Positions 53,130 through 64,000 of a stretch of 64,000 nucleotides of DNA are shown one piece after another; position 1 is the stretch's first letter; every line of letters begins with the position of its first letter. Source of the DNA: Octopus sinensis (Eukaryota); assembly GCF_006345805.1 (NCBI RefSeq), contig NC_043022.1, positions 21,018,001 to 21,082,000 on the forward strand, in the 5' to 3' direction. Made by a program: the position numbers and the translations under genes. Below the pieces are notes generated by a model, which was given only the letters and a program-made list of their open reading frames with translations, made no database searches and was not told where the DNA came from.

Positions 53130-53523
53130 GAAGAAAGGCTGAAGACGCTTGACCTTTATTCTCTAGAAAAACGCCGGCGATCTCATTCTTCCTCACAACA
53201 TCATAAGCGGAAAGTGTAACCTCTCAAAAGAGCTGTTCTTCACTCCTGCTCCAGAGCGTCGGCTGCGGAGTCATTCCAAAAAGCTCTATCTGCGACGATT
53301 TCATCTCAATCGAAGGAGAGGGGCTTTCTCCATCCAGGTTGCGGATCCGTGGAATAAGCTGCCGGACGAGATGGTGAATATGCCGACGACCGCTCGGTTC
53401 AAAGTCTCCCTTGACCACAAGTGGCCTGAACTCTTTACATGAACACCACCCTGTACATAACTCCATGTCCCCCTACATGGCCTTGCTTTTTGCTTTTTGA
53501 GCCAAAAAATTAACTAACTAACT
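53130..53523 (+). mobile_element. CR1-clade LINE 3' end, same family as 35650
   Basis: High nucleotide similarity to ~35725-36125; (taac)n tail. Confidence 0.9.
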
Positions 53524-53838
53524 GAGAGACTAACACAAGGCCTTCATTGACCCGAGGCTATAGTAATAGACACTTGCCCAAGGTGCCGTGCAGTGGGACT
53601 GAACCTGGAGCCATGTGGTTGGGAAGCAAACTTTTCACCACACAACCAATAAATAAACTTTTTAGATGAATGAACTTTACTATAATTTTGCAAATAGGAA
53701 ATGGGGAATTACCAATTTTTAGGTGTGTTGTTGTATTAGCTGCTCTTTTATCAGTGTCAATTATTTATTTTCATTCATCAAGAGATTCAATTTATAGGAA
53801 ACCAATACAGTTTTTCCCCAAGCTTTATTTTTGTTTAA

Positions 53839-54055
53839 CCCTTTAGCATTCAGAATACTCTGTCAAATGTAAAGCCTGTTTAATCACATTGTTTTAAATT
53901 AATTGTACAGCATCTTGTAACTCTGAGATTTAGTTGATGTCCCTGTTTATTTTTAGAATGACTTTGTAGGGTAGGTGTGAGAGGTCAGAGCTGGCTGGTT
54001 TGAGCATATAACAGGAAGACAATTTTGGCCTGGTATAGCCGGTTTAAAAAAAGGG
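53839..54055. mobile_element. piggyBac-type MITE, same family
   Basis: TTAA CCCTTTAGCATT ... AAAGGG TTAA; internal homology to 29019. Confidence 0.8.
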
Positions 54056-55169
54056 TTAAAAACCCCCCCAAAAAACTGACTTTCAAGAAGTTCTGGAAAC
54101 AAAATGGGTTGGATCTTTGATAAAGAGTGGCCACAGATAGCTGTTCTCTTCTTGGACTGTGTTGGATTTTGCTTTTAGTTAAGACAGCTCTTGTTAAGGA
54201 CAGGTACTGTGGTTTTCCATTAAAGGTATGTGATTAAGATGCAAGTGTCTTTAGATTTCGGTAAAGATTGAAAAATATTCAATAACACTGTGTAACATGA
54301 TTTTTGTCCTTAGGTAGCAACGGTGTTTTCCTATTTGCTTTTCTCTAGAAAGTATGAAAAATGGTTAGCATTTCCTTCAAACTTTGCTTTTATTTTGCTA
54401 TAATATCTATTCAAAGCCTAAAAAATCCCTCTCAACACATGGCTGTTACTCCCTCACCACTCCTGCTCATAATCAGAGATACATGTATTGTCAGCCACTA
54501 AGGGACACGCTCAAGTGTTTAAGGTCAAGCAACTGACAAGCAAACCTGTGGTTTTGAACAGATATTTCTGCTTCAGCAACTCTCGGCACTGAATCTGTCT
54601 GAAATATAACAGAAAATAGGTCAGTTTCAAAACTTTGATGTCCAGATGAGAAAAGCAAAGTATGAAGGGAATTGCTTCTTGAAAGATTCTGTCGTATAGA
54701 TAGATGCACAGTGCCATTACTTGATGCGTCTGGAGGAAGATATAGTAACCATGTCAACTGCAGATCCTCTGAGACTGGTGTGATCAATGTTGTTAATGTA
54801 CCTGCAAAGGAGAGCTTTTCAGAGGGCCAACCTTATGCAGAAGCGGGTACTGGGTATTGGAGTTACAGCAGGACCTGAGTGTGGGTTGGGAATGCCTGAG
54901 CAGATGTGGCTGGAAGAAAATAGGTCAGTTTCGAAACATTGATGTCCAGGTGAGAAAAGCAAAGTTTGAAGGGAATAAAAGGATTGATATCCTGATAGAA
55001 GCAAATAAGACATAACGCTTACTGACCAAAGACAACAAGCAAATCTGTGGTGGTGGTCAGGATATTTGCTATAACGATATTTCTTCTTCAGCAACTTAGT
55101 GCTGAACCTGTCTGTAAAGGAAGATAGCTCAGTTTGAAAACATTGATGTTCAGGTCAGAAAAGCAAAGC

Positions 55170-56298
55170 CATCCTAACGAGACGTCTGCGTTGGCTGGGT
55201 CATGCCCTCCGTCGTCAACCAGGAGAATTCATCTACGAAGCAATTGCCCCAGCTCCCCTTCAGGGTTGGCGAAAGCGATATGGTGGACAACGAAAAACCT
55301 GGCTGATGACAATCAAGGCTGATCTGGAACCCAACCTACGAAGGAATTTCCCCAGCTCCCCTTCAGGGTTGGCGAAAGCGATGTGGTGGACAACGAAAAA
55401 CCTGGCTGATGACAATCAAGGCTGATCTGGAACCCAACCTACGAAGCAATTGCCCCAGCTCCCCTTAAGGGTTGGCGAAAGCGATGTGGTGGACGATGAA
55501 AAACCTAGCTGATGACAATCAAGGCTAATCTGGAACCCAACCTACGAAGGAATTTCCCCAGCTCCCCTTCAGGGTTGGCGAAAGCAATGTGGTGGACAAC
55601 GAAAAACCTGGCTGATGACAATCAAGGCTGATCTGGAACCCAACCTATGAAGCAATTGCCCCAGCTCCCCTTAAGGGTTGACGAAAGCGATGTGGTGGAC
55701 GATGAAAAACCTGGCTGATGACAATCAAGGCTAATCTGGAACCCAACCTACGAAGGAATTTCCCCAGCTCCCCTTCAGGGTTGGCGAAAGCGATGTGGTG
55801 GACAACGAAAAACCTGGCTGATGACAATCAAGGCTGATCTGGAACCCAACCTACGAAGCAATTGCCCCAGCTCCCCTTAAGGGTTGGCGAAAGCGATGTG
55901 GTGGACAAGGAAAAACCTGGCTGATGACAATCAAGGCTAATCTGGAACCCAACCTATGAAGCAATTGCCCCAGCTCCCCTTCAGCGTTGGCGAAAGCGAT
56001 GTGGTGGACAACGAAAAATCTGGCTGATGACAATCAAGGCTGATCTGGAACCCAACCTACGAAGCAATTGCCCCAGCTCCCCTTCAGGGTTGGCGAAAGC
56101 GATGTGGTGGACAATGAAAAACCTGGCTGATGACAGTCAAGGCTGATCTGGAACCCAACATAGGCCCCCATATCTACGGCGTTCGCCGCTGGAATAGGGA
56201 ATGGTTGGAGATCACACGGTCGTTAGCCTCAAATCGCCAGGCATTGAGGATGAATGAAGCCAGCTCAACCCACCCTGGGTGAATGCTGTCAAGTCAAG
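55170..56298 (+). mobile_element. RTE-clade LINE 3' end containing an internal tandem amplification
   Basis: RRLRWLGHALRRQPGE...GWRKRCGGQRKTWLMTIKADLE...RRWNREWLE; degenerate TSD aggtcagaaaagcaaag / aggtcaaaaaagctaag. Confidence 0.8.
55233..56159 (+). repeat. 103-bp tandem repeat, 9 copies
   Basis: Unit starts at 55233, 55336, 55439, 55542, 55645, 55748, 55851, 55954, 56057. Confidence 0.95.
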
Positions 56299-56599
56299 GT
56301 CAAAAAAGCTAAGTTTGAAGGGAACAGTAGTGATTTCATTTGATTTCTATATAGGAAATAGGAAATAACACTTACCAACCAAATACTAAAGATTAAAAAC
56401 TAATGAAAATTTCATTACACAGTGTAATGAAAGCAAATCAATGCAATCTGTCTTGTACGGTAGCGCCAGCCAGCATTACTATTGATTTCAGGATGTTTGT
56501 TTACAATTGAATGAGTAGCGTAGAGATGCAGTAGGCATCTTGGCAGTATGAAGAATCTACCAGTTCGATAGACATAATGTTTTGTTTTTTTTTATCTTT

Positions 56600-57420
56600 T
56601 ACATGTTTCAGTCATTGGACTGTGGCCATGCTGGAGTCCCACCTTGAAGGATTTAGTTGAACAAATTGACCCCCAATACTTAAGTTTTAAGTCTGTCTGC
56701 TACCTATTCTGTCGATCTATTTTACTGAACCGCTAAGTTATGGGGATGTAAATAGACCTATACTGATTGTCAAGGGGTGGAGGGAACAAAGGCACACACA
56801 CAGCTATATATATATATACTCTCTCTTTCTCTCTCTTTTACTTGTTTCAGTCATTTGACTGCGGCCATGCTGGAGCACTGCCTTTAGTCGAGCAGATCGA
56901 CCCTGGGACTTATTCTTTGTATGCCCAGTACTTATTCTATTGGTCTCTTTTGCCGAACCGCTAAGTTACGGGGACATAAACACACCAGCATCGGTTGTCA
57001 AGCAATGCTAGGGAGACAAACACAGACACACAAACATATACACACACATACATATATATATATATATACATAGGTATGACAGGCTTCTTTCAGTTTCCGT
57101 CTACCAAATCCACTCACAAGGCATTGGTCGGCCCGGGGCTATAACAGAAGACACTTGCCCAAGATGCCACGCAGTGGGACTGAACCCAGAACCATGTAGT
57201 TTGTAAGCAAGCTACTTAACACACAGCCACTCCTGCGCCTATATATATATATATATATATATGATGGGCTTCTACATGTTCTCTGTCTACCAAATAAACT
57301 CACAAAGCTTTGGTTGGCTCAGGGCTATATACAGTAGAAGATACTTGACCAAAATGTCTTGCTGTGGGACTGAATTTGAAACCTTGCACTTGAGAAGCAA
57401 ACAGCTTACCACCCAGCCAC
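56600..57420 (-). mobile_element. Family-A SINE cluster (full copy 56835-57240 plus fragments)
   Basis: Reverse-complement matches. Confidence 0.8.
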
Positions 57421-57766
57421 ACCCAGACAAATTAAAAACGAAAGTATACGATTCTTTTGTTATTGAATACCTTTGGTATAATCATAACATTTACCATCCA
57501 AAAGGTAGGTTTTTGAAGAAAATTTTATTTGAAAATTATGTGTTTCTCTGAAAGATATGAGGAAACAAAGTTGAGTAGGGACCCACACTTGTGTAGGTAT
57601 GTTACAAGTCCTAGTGATAGATATGTACAGGGGTTGATTATGGTGGTGGTGATGATGATGATGGTTGTTGTACATAACATATTAGTCCAGTTCTATATAT
57701 AAGAGATGCGGAATTATGTACATTATTTACATTTGAGGGATATTTGTCCTCATGTTGTTTGTTGTT

Positions 57767-57812
57767 AACACAATGTTTCGGCTGATATACCCTCCAGCCT
57801 TCTTCAGGTGTC
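57767..57812 (-). ncRNA. Minimal type I hammerhead motif, family 2 (GACAC CTGAAGA A GGCTG loop CAGCC GAAACAT T GTGTT)
   Basis: Canonical CUGANGA and GAAA, stems I and II pair; the G of the AACGTT palindrome is A in this copy. Confidence 0.7.
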
Positions 57813-57861
57813 TTGGTGAAATTTCGAACCTGGGTTCTCATTCCTAAGGTATTTTTTGATG

Positions 57862-57892
<31 letters not shown>

Positions 57893-58124
57893 GATCATCA
57901 TCATCATCATAGTTATTCAGGTCACTGCCTGGAATCGAACTTGGAATCTTGGGGTTTGTAGCCTGCATTCTTAACCACTACGCCACAGGCATATGGTGTA
58001 GTGGTTAAGAGCACAGGCTACTAACTCCAAGATTCCAAGTTCGATTCCAGGCAATGACCTGAATAATAATAATAACATCAAAAAATACCTTAGGAATGAG
58101 AACCCAGGTTCGAAATTTCCCCAA

Positions 58125-58170
58125 GACACCTGAAGAAGGGTGGAAGGTATATCAGCCAAAACGTTGTGTT
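58125..58170 (+). ncRNA. Minimal type I hammerhead motif, family 2 (degenerate copy, G12->A)
   Basis: GACAC CTGAAGA A GGGTG gaaggtatat CAGCC AAAACGT T GTGTT. Confidence 0.65.
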
Positions 58171-58457
58171 AACAACAAACAAGATGAGGACAAATATCCG
58201 TCAATTGTAAATAATGAACATAATGGTCATTAAAAAAAATTCTGTACATAAAAATGAGTGCAAAGAACTGAACTTTAGAATCTTTAAAAAAGTGAGGAAG
58301 ACGTGTTTACAGATTTCAGCAAGAAAACAGATACTTAATATAACTTAGAAATGTCTTGGCCAACGATTGGCCTAAGCCATCCCCTCCTCTCAAAATTCCT
58401 TGTCTTGGTGCTATGTAAAGAAGCATCCAGTCCACACTGTAAAGTGGTTGGCATTTG

Positions 58458-58668
58458 GAAGGGCATCCAGCTGTAAAAACCCTGCCAAAACTGACCTCCC
58501 CTGTGCTGGTGTTTAGAAGGGCATCCAGTGGTAAAAATCCTGCCAAAACAGACCTCGCCTGTGCTGGTGTTAGGAAGGGCATCCAGTGGTAAAAATCCTG
58601 CCAAAACGGACCTCGCCTGTACTGGTGTTAGTAAGGGCATCCAGCTGTAAAAACCCTGCCAAAACAGA
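58458..58668 (+). repeat. 58-bp tandem repeat inside a family-C SINE, ~3.6 copies
   Basis: aagggcatccag recurs at 58458, 58517, 58575, 58633. Confidence 0.9.
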
Positions 58669-58779
58669 CACAGTAGCCTGGGGTAGTCGTCTACCTGGCT
58701 GGCTCCTGTCAAACCATCTAACCCAAACATGCATGAAAGGCAGATGTTAAATGATGATAATGATTATGATGATAGGATT

Positions 58780-58990
58780 TGTTAAGTCATTTTTAAGTCA
58801 AGTTTTGTGGCATCGTGGCCCATGCAAGTAGGGAGGAGTTGTTGATTGAGAAGTATCCAAGTATAAGGTGGCTTATCTGGTACCTCTTGCAGAAATTTGT
58901 CCAGTTTTTGTTTGAAGGTGATGGTGTCTTTTTCTTCTTTGATTCGTTTTGGGATAATGTTAAATAAAGTAGGGCCTATTAACAGAAAAG
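58780..58990 (-). mobile_element. CR1/L2-like LINE 3' end (third family)
   Basis: GPTLFNIIPKRIKE..FKQKLDKFLQEVPDKP. Confidence 0.7.
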
Positions 58991-59849
58991 AAAAAAAATT
59001 AAAATTCTTGTTACAGAAATCAAGTTTTAACAAATTAGACACCGAAAAAAATAAAGAACTAAAAGGAAAAACACCCTGTCGTCTTTTGCTCAAAGGGCAA
59101 AGTTCAGAGTCAGTGAATGACAGAGAAAAATTTCTGCTTTAGAGATAAACAAATAAACAATGCATCTCTTATAACGAAGGCAAAGTTTAAAATTAATGAA
59201 TGACACACAATGAAAAAATTTCTGTGACAAATAATCTCTATATATCATCATCATCATTTAACGTCCACTTTCCATGCTGGCATGGGTTGGACGGTTCATC
59301 TGGGGTCTGGGAAGCCAGAAGGCTGCACCAGGCCCAGTCTGATCTGGCAGTGTTTCTACAGCTGGATGCCCTTCCTAACACCAACCACTCCATGCAAAAT
59401 GTCTGTGTGCGTGTCCTTTATACAAATCCACAATTTTTCAGTTAGAGGGCTCGCACTTTCTATGGTCATTCAAAACCATCCAAGGGTGGTCGTGCACATC
59501 TTTACATTTCCCCAGTCGCCCTGCAAAGCCATTGAAAAACCAATAGAAGTGACTTTTTTGTGAATTTTCTGTCCAAAACCCAATCAAAATGCCCAAAACT
59601 TGATACGCCAATTGAATGCCAGCTAGCTGTGTGTGTGGTTGGTCAGAGATCTGGACAGTCCTCGCGTGTATGTGCGCACGCACACAGCTCTATATGCATG
59701 CACTAGTAGTCAATAAAACATGTCAAAGGCCATCTTTCAGTATGAGAAGACAACTTCATTTACCCACTCATTACATGGATAAAGAGGGTAGATGATGTTG
59801 TCTACTAATACCAAAAGATTGCCAATGTTAAATCGTAGGAAAATAGCAT

Positions 59850-61455
59850 ACTTTACTCTTTTACTTGTTTCAGTCATTTGACTGCGGCCATGCTGGAACA
59901 CCACCTTTAGTCGAGCAAATCGATCCCAGGACTTATTCTTTGTAAGCCTAGTACTTATTCTATCAGTCTCTTTTGCCAAACTGCTAAGTTACGAGGACTT
60001 AAACACACCAGCATCGGTTGTCAAGTGATGTTGCAGGGGACAAACACAGACACACAAACATATACACACACACAAACATATACACACACACACAAACATA
60101 TACACACACACATACATATATACGTCGGGCTTCTTTCAGTTTCCGTCTACCAAATCCACTCACAAGGCTTTGGTCGGCCCGAGGCTATAGTAGAAGACAC
60201 TTGCCATGTGGTTGGTAAGCAAGCTACTTACCACACAGCCGCTCATATGGATGCATGGTACTAAGAGCACACATATATTGTTAGCAGATGAGAACTGTCT
60301 TGTATGAATGCTGGAACTGCTTCATCGCGTGATTTCGGGGTACTGGGTTCGGTTTCACTGAGTGGCACCTTGGGCTGGTGTCTTCTGTCATAGCCTCAAG
60401 CCTTGTGAGTGGATTTGGTTGATGGAAACTGAAAGAAGCCTGCCATATATATATATATATCTTTTACTCTTTTACTTGTTTCAGTCATTTGACTGCGGCC
60501 ATGCTGGAGCACCGCCTTTAGTCGAGCAAATCAATCCCAGGACTTATTCTTTGTAAGCCTAGTACTTATTCTGTCGGTCTCTTTTGCCGAACCGCTAAGT
60601 TACGGGGACGCAAACATACGAGCATCGGTTGTCAAGTGATGTTGGGGGGACAAACACAGACACACAAACATATACACACGCATAGATACACAAACATATA
60701 GACACGCATACATTAAGAGAAGCCATTTAAGAAAGAAAGGATGATTTTTATTAATATTCTGCTGAGTTATTTCACTTCCAATCACAATAATATATTATAT
60801 GATTTTAAAATTCCCTCTGCTAAGCACTTTATATTTCTCCCTTTCTCTCTACCTCTTCAACAAATTTTTTAACCATGTAATTCTCCTCTTCACGTCTTTA
60901 ACATCTCTCTTTATCTTTTCACCTTTTCCTCCTCACCCTACAGCATATCGTTAACACTTCTCTCTCCCACTTTTTTCTCACCGTCTTTTTCTCTTGTTCT
61001 TCAACTAACCACATTATGCATTTGACGTTAGTCTGCTATCATACTCCTCTGCTCTACTCACATTCCCCTCCCCCTTTCTCTCTCTCACTCACTCCACCTC
61101 CACCTCTCTCTCTTTTACTTGTTTCAGTCATTTGACTGCAGCCATGCTGGAGCACCGCCTTTAGTCGAGCAAATTGACCCCGGGACTTATTCTTTGTAAG
61201 CCCAGTACTTATTCTATTGGTCTCTTTTGCCGAACTGCTAAGTGACGGGGACGTAAGCACACACATACATATATATATATATACATATATACAACAGGCT
61301 TCTTTCAGTTTCCGTCTACCAAATCCACTCAAGGCATTGGTCAGCCCGGGGCTATAGTAGAAGACACTTGCCCAAGATGCCACGCAGTGGGACTGAACCC
61401 GGAACCATGTGGTTGGTTAGCAAGCTACTTACCACACAGCCACTCCTGCGCCTCT
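59850..61455. mobile_element. Family-A SINE cluster
   Basis: Copies at ~59850-60240(-), 60320-60700 (mixed), 61110-61455(-). Confidence 0.8.
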
Positions 61456-61514
61456 CTAAGTAAGTAAAATATAACGGGCAAATGAACAAGCAGATTATTA
61501 TATAGATTGTTGAC

Positions 61515-62190
61515 GAGGTGGCAGGACCGTTAGCACGCCAGGCGAAATGCGTAGCCGTATTTTGTCTGCCGTTACGTTCTGAGTTCAAATTCCGCCGAGG
61601 TCAACTTTGCCTTTCATCCGTTCAGGGGTCGATAAATTTAGTACCAGTTACGCACTGGAGTCGATGTAATCGACTTAATTCGTTTGTCTGTCCTTGTTTG
61701 TCTCTTCTATGTTTAGCCCCTTGTGGGTAATAAAGAAACATATATATATTTCTTTACTACTCACAAGGGGCCAAACATAGAGGGGACAAACAAGGACACA
61801 CAAAGGGATTAAGTTGATGATATCGACCCCAGTGCGAAACTGGTACTTTATTAATCGACCCCAATGCGAAACTGGTACTTTATTTATCGACCCCGAAAGG
61901 ATGACAGGCAAAGTCGACCTCGGCGAAATTTGAACTCAGAACGTAACGGCAGACAAAATACCTATTTCTTTATTACCCACAAGGGGCTAAACACAGAGGG
62001 GACAAACAAGGACAGACATAGGTATTAAGTCGATGACATCGACCCCAGTTTGAAACTGGTACTTTATTTAACGACCCCGAAAGGATGACAGGCAAAGTTG
62101 ACCTCGGCAGAATTTGAACTCAGAATGTAATGGCAGACGAAATACCGCTAAGCATTTCGCCCGGTGCGCTAACGTTTCTGCCAGCTTGCC
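61515..62190. mobile_element. Family-B SINEs, one + followed by two - (tail-to-tail)
   Basis: Direct inspection. Confidence 0.85.
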
Positions 62191-62259
62191 GATGTTGTTC
62201 GATGATGATGCTGGTGATGCCATCAAGATTTTACTGATATTTTCTTCTTTCTGTTGCAG

Positions 62260-62518
62260 ATTGCTCTCAGATCCGGCTCGCTGGGTCTATGTTTTGGCCT
62301 TGGCGTTTTACTCAGTATTGCCGACACGACGCTGGTGTATTTTGGTTGGTACGTTATGGTACTAAGCTTTTTCCACTGGTCTGAGTATTTCATGACAGCT
62401 GTTACGAATCCGCGTAGTCTCTCCTTGGAATCTTTTCTTCTTGACCATAGCCGGGAATACAAGCTGGCTGTGGTCAGTAGCTGGATAGAATATACTCTGG
62501 AATGGGTTCTCTTTCCAG
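62260..62518 (+). CDS. ICMT: ICMT coding exon 2 (IALRSGSLGLCFGLG...FHWSEYFMTAVTNPRSLSLESFLLDHSREY...WVLFP)
   Basis: ttgcag/gtaagt sites, phase 0->1; FHxSEYxxTAxxNPxSLSxxSFLLxHSxEY is the ICMT/Ste14 signature. Confidence 0.95.
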
Positions 62519-62819
62519 GTAAGTTCCTTTTACTCTTTAGATTACTTTAAGATTGTTTTGCTGCATAATGTTTGTTTATTCTTCTATTTGTTTCAGTCAG
62601 TTGTCTGTGGCCATGCTGGAGCATTGCCTTGAAGGGTTTTTAGTCAAACAAATTGCTCCCAGAATTTTTTCGTTTTTTTTTAAAGCCTACTTCTTATTCT
62701 ATTGGTCTCTTTTGCTGAGCAGCTAAGTTACAGACATAAACACACCAACACTGGTTGTCAAGCAGAGATGGAAGGACAAACAAAGACACACACACATATA
62801 TGTATGTATATATATATAT

Positions 62820-63115
62820 CACTCTGATCACCGTGACCGACCAGGCTATCAGATGTTGCTACACATCGCTGGTCACAATGTGCTTTGCATTGTTTTAGCC
62901 TTCAAATGATACAACCCTGATGGCTAAGCGAGCAGGCCAACAGAAGAAAGAGTGAGAGAAAGTTGTGGCGAAAGAGTACAGCAGGGATCGCCACCAACCC
63001 CTGCTGGAGCCTCGTGAAGCTTTTAGGTGTTTTCGCTCAATAAACACTCACAACGCTCGGTCTGGGAATTGAAACCACGAGTCGACTGCCCTAACCACTG
63101 GGCTATTGCGCCTTC
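62820..63115 (-). mobile_element. Family-E tRNA-SINE; related copies at ~36920-37185 and ~13890-14020
   Basis: ggcgcaatagcccagtggttagggcag head and ggtttcaattccc B box on the minus strand. Confidence 0.75.
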
Positions 63116-63204
63116 ACATGTATATATATATATATGCCAGTGCCGCCTTGACTGGCGTCCGTGCTGGTAACACCAACCGATTGTGGCCGTTTGCCAGCCT
63201 CCTC

Positions 63205-63790
63205 TGGCCCCTGGTATTTTTCAATGTTGTTGTTATTATTATTATTGTTCGGTTCACTGCCTGGAATTGAACTCGGAATCTTGGGGTTAGTAGCCCGCAC
63301 TCTTAACCACTACGCCACAGGCATATGGCGTAGTGGTTAAGAGCACGAGCTACTCACCCCCAAGATTCCGAGTTCAATTCCAGGCAGTGAGCCGAATAAT
63401 AATAATAATAATAATAACAACATCGAAAAATACCTTAGGAATGAGAACCCAGGTTATTATTATTATTATTATCATCATCATCATCATAGTTATTCAGGTC
63501 ACTGCTTGGAATCTTGGGGTTTGTAGCCTGCATTCTTAACCACTATGCCACAGGCATATGGTGTAGCGGTTAAGAGCACAGGCTACTAACTCCAAGATTC
63601 CAAGTTCGATTCCAGGAAATGACCTGAATAATAATAATAACATCGAAAAATACCTTAGGAATGAGAACCCAGGTTCGAAATTTCCCCAAGACACCTGATG
63701 AAGGCTGGAGGGTATATCAACCAAAACGTTGTGTTAACAACATACAAGATGAGGACAAATATCCGTCAAATGTAAATAATGTATATAAAT
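63205..63790. mobile_element. Two further head-to-head junctions of the tRNA/hammerhead element (nested, partly truncated)
   Basis: Same ttaaccacta(c/t)gccacag-gcatatgg(c/t)gtag junction at ~63310-63335 and ~63540-63570. Confidence 0.8.
63690..63735 (+). ncRNA. Minimal type I hammerhead motif, family 2 (CTGATGA core, G12->A)
   Basis: GACAC CTGATGA A GGCTG gagggtatat CAACC AAAACGT T GTGTT. Confidence 0.65.
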
Positions 63791-63937
63791 TGTTATACTG
63801 AAATGGAAACCTAAAATATTAAGCCACGGTTAGTTCACATTACTCTGTAAAGTGTATAGGGCCGTGACCATTTCATGCCAGTAGACATGATCTTGTGCTA
63901 CCTCCACTAACATTATTGTAATTATTTCTTGTTACAG

Positions 63938-64000
63938 AGATGAAGCTGTTAAGGTGGTTTTGTTATGTTGGCCTAGTAATGGTGATCGGAGGCGAAATCC
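63938..64000 (+). CDS. ICMT: ICMT coding exon 3, truncated by window end (EMKLLRWFCYVGLVMVIGGEI)
   Basis: ttacag acceptor, phase 1; matches the GLxMVxxGE helix preceding LRKxAM. Confidence 0.9.

Larger units (their letters stand above)
57700..58225. mobile_element. Head-to-head palindromic dimer of a tRNA-headed, hammerhead-containing element
   Basis: ~240-270-bp inverted arms around cag-gcata; A box TGG(C/T)GTAGTGG and B box GTTCGATTCC in each arm. Confidence 0.8.

Noticed and set aside
55305-55335. CTGATGA...GGAA in the RTE repeat as a possible hammerhead
   Set aside because: No stem II/stem I pairing and no GAAA; it is coding sequence of the LINE.
55233-56159. Regular repeat array considered as CRISPR
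   Set aside because: Head-to-tail units with no unique spacers, eukaryotic context, no cas genes; same for the 26-, 58- and 168-bp arrays.

Overview
This is AT-rich, microsatellite- and SINE-dense eukaryotic (animal) genomic DNA. The repeat families look like those of Octopus; this is recognition from memory, not a database hit. Two spliced + strand genes are well supported: (1) the 3' eleven coding exons of a tRNA pseudouridine-38/39 synthase (PUS3-like, 1597-14639, 5' end upstream of the window) and (2) the first three coding exons of isoprenylcysteine carboxyl methyltransferase (ICMT-like, 43605 to beyond 64000, with an 18.4-kb first intron). Between them (about 17-34 kb) is a homopolymer-rich, relatively SINE-poor stretch containing several candidate minus-strand short or terminal exons of an unidentified gene (low confidence). 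The rest is mobile DNA: at least five SINE families, CR1 and RTE LINE 3' ends, a Penelope-like fragment, mariner and Tc1 remnants, and hAT, piggyBac-type and Mutator-type MITEs, plus tandem repeats and local duplications. The most interesting signals are two families of minimal hammerhead-ribozyme motifs. One sits in a Penelope terminal repeat and has an atypical CCGACGA core. The other sits in a tRNA-headed element arranged as head-to-head palindromic dimers that appear to be copied as a unit. Also notable are a PUS3 exon fragment copied into a hAT-type element, a ~915-bp foldback near the ICMT promoter and a 103-bp satellite grown from an RTE ORF. Coordinates of repeats are approximate; exon coordinates were read from splice sites by hand.
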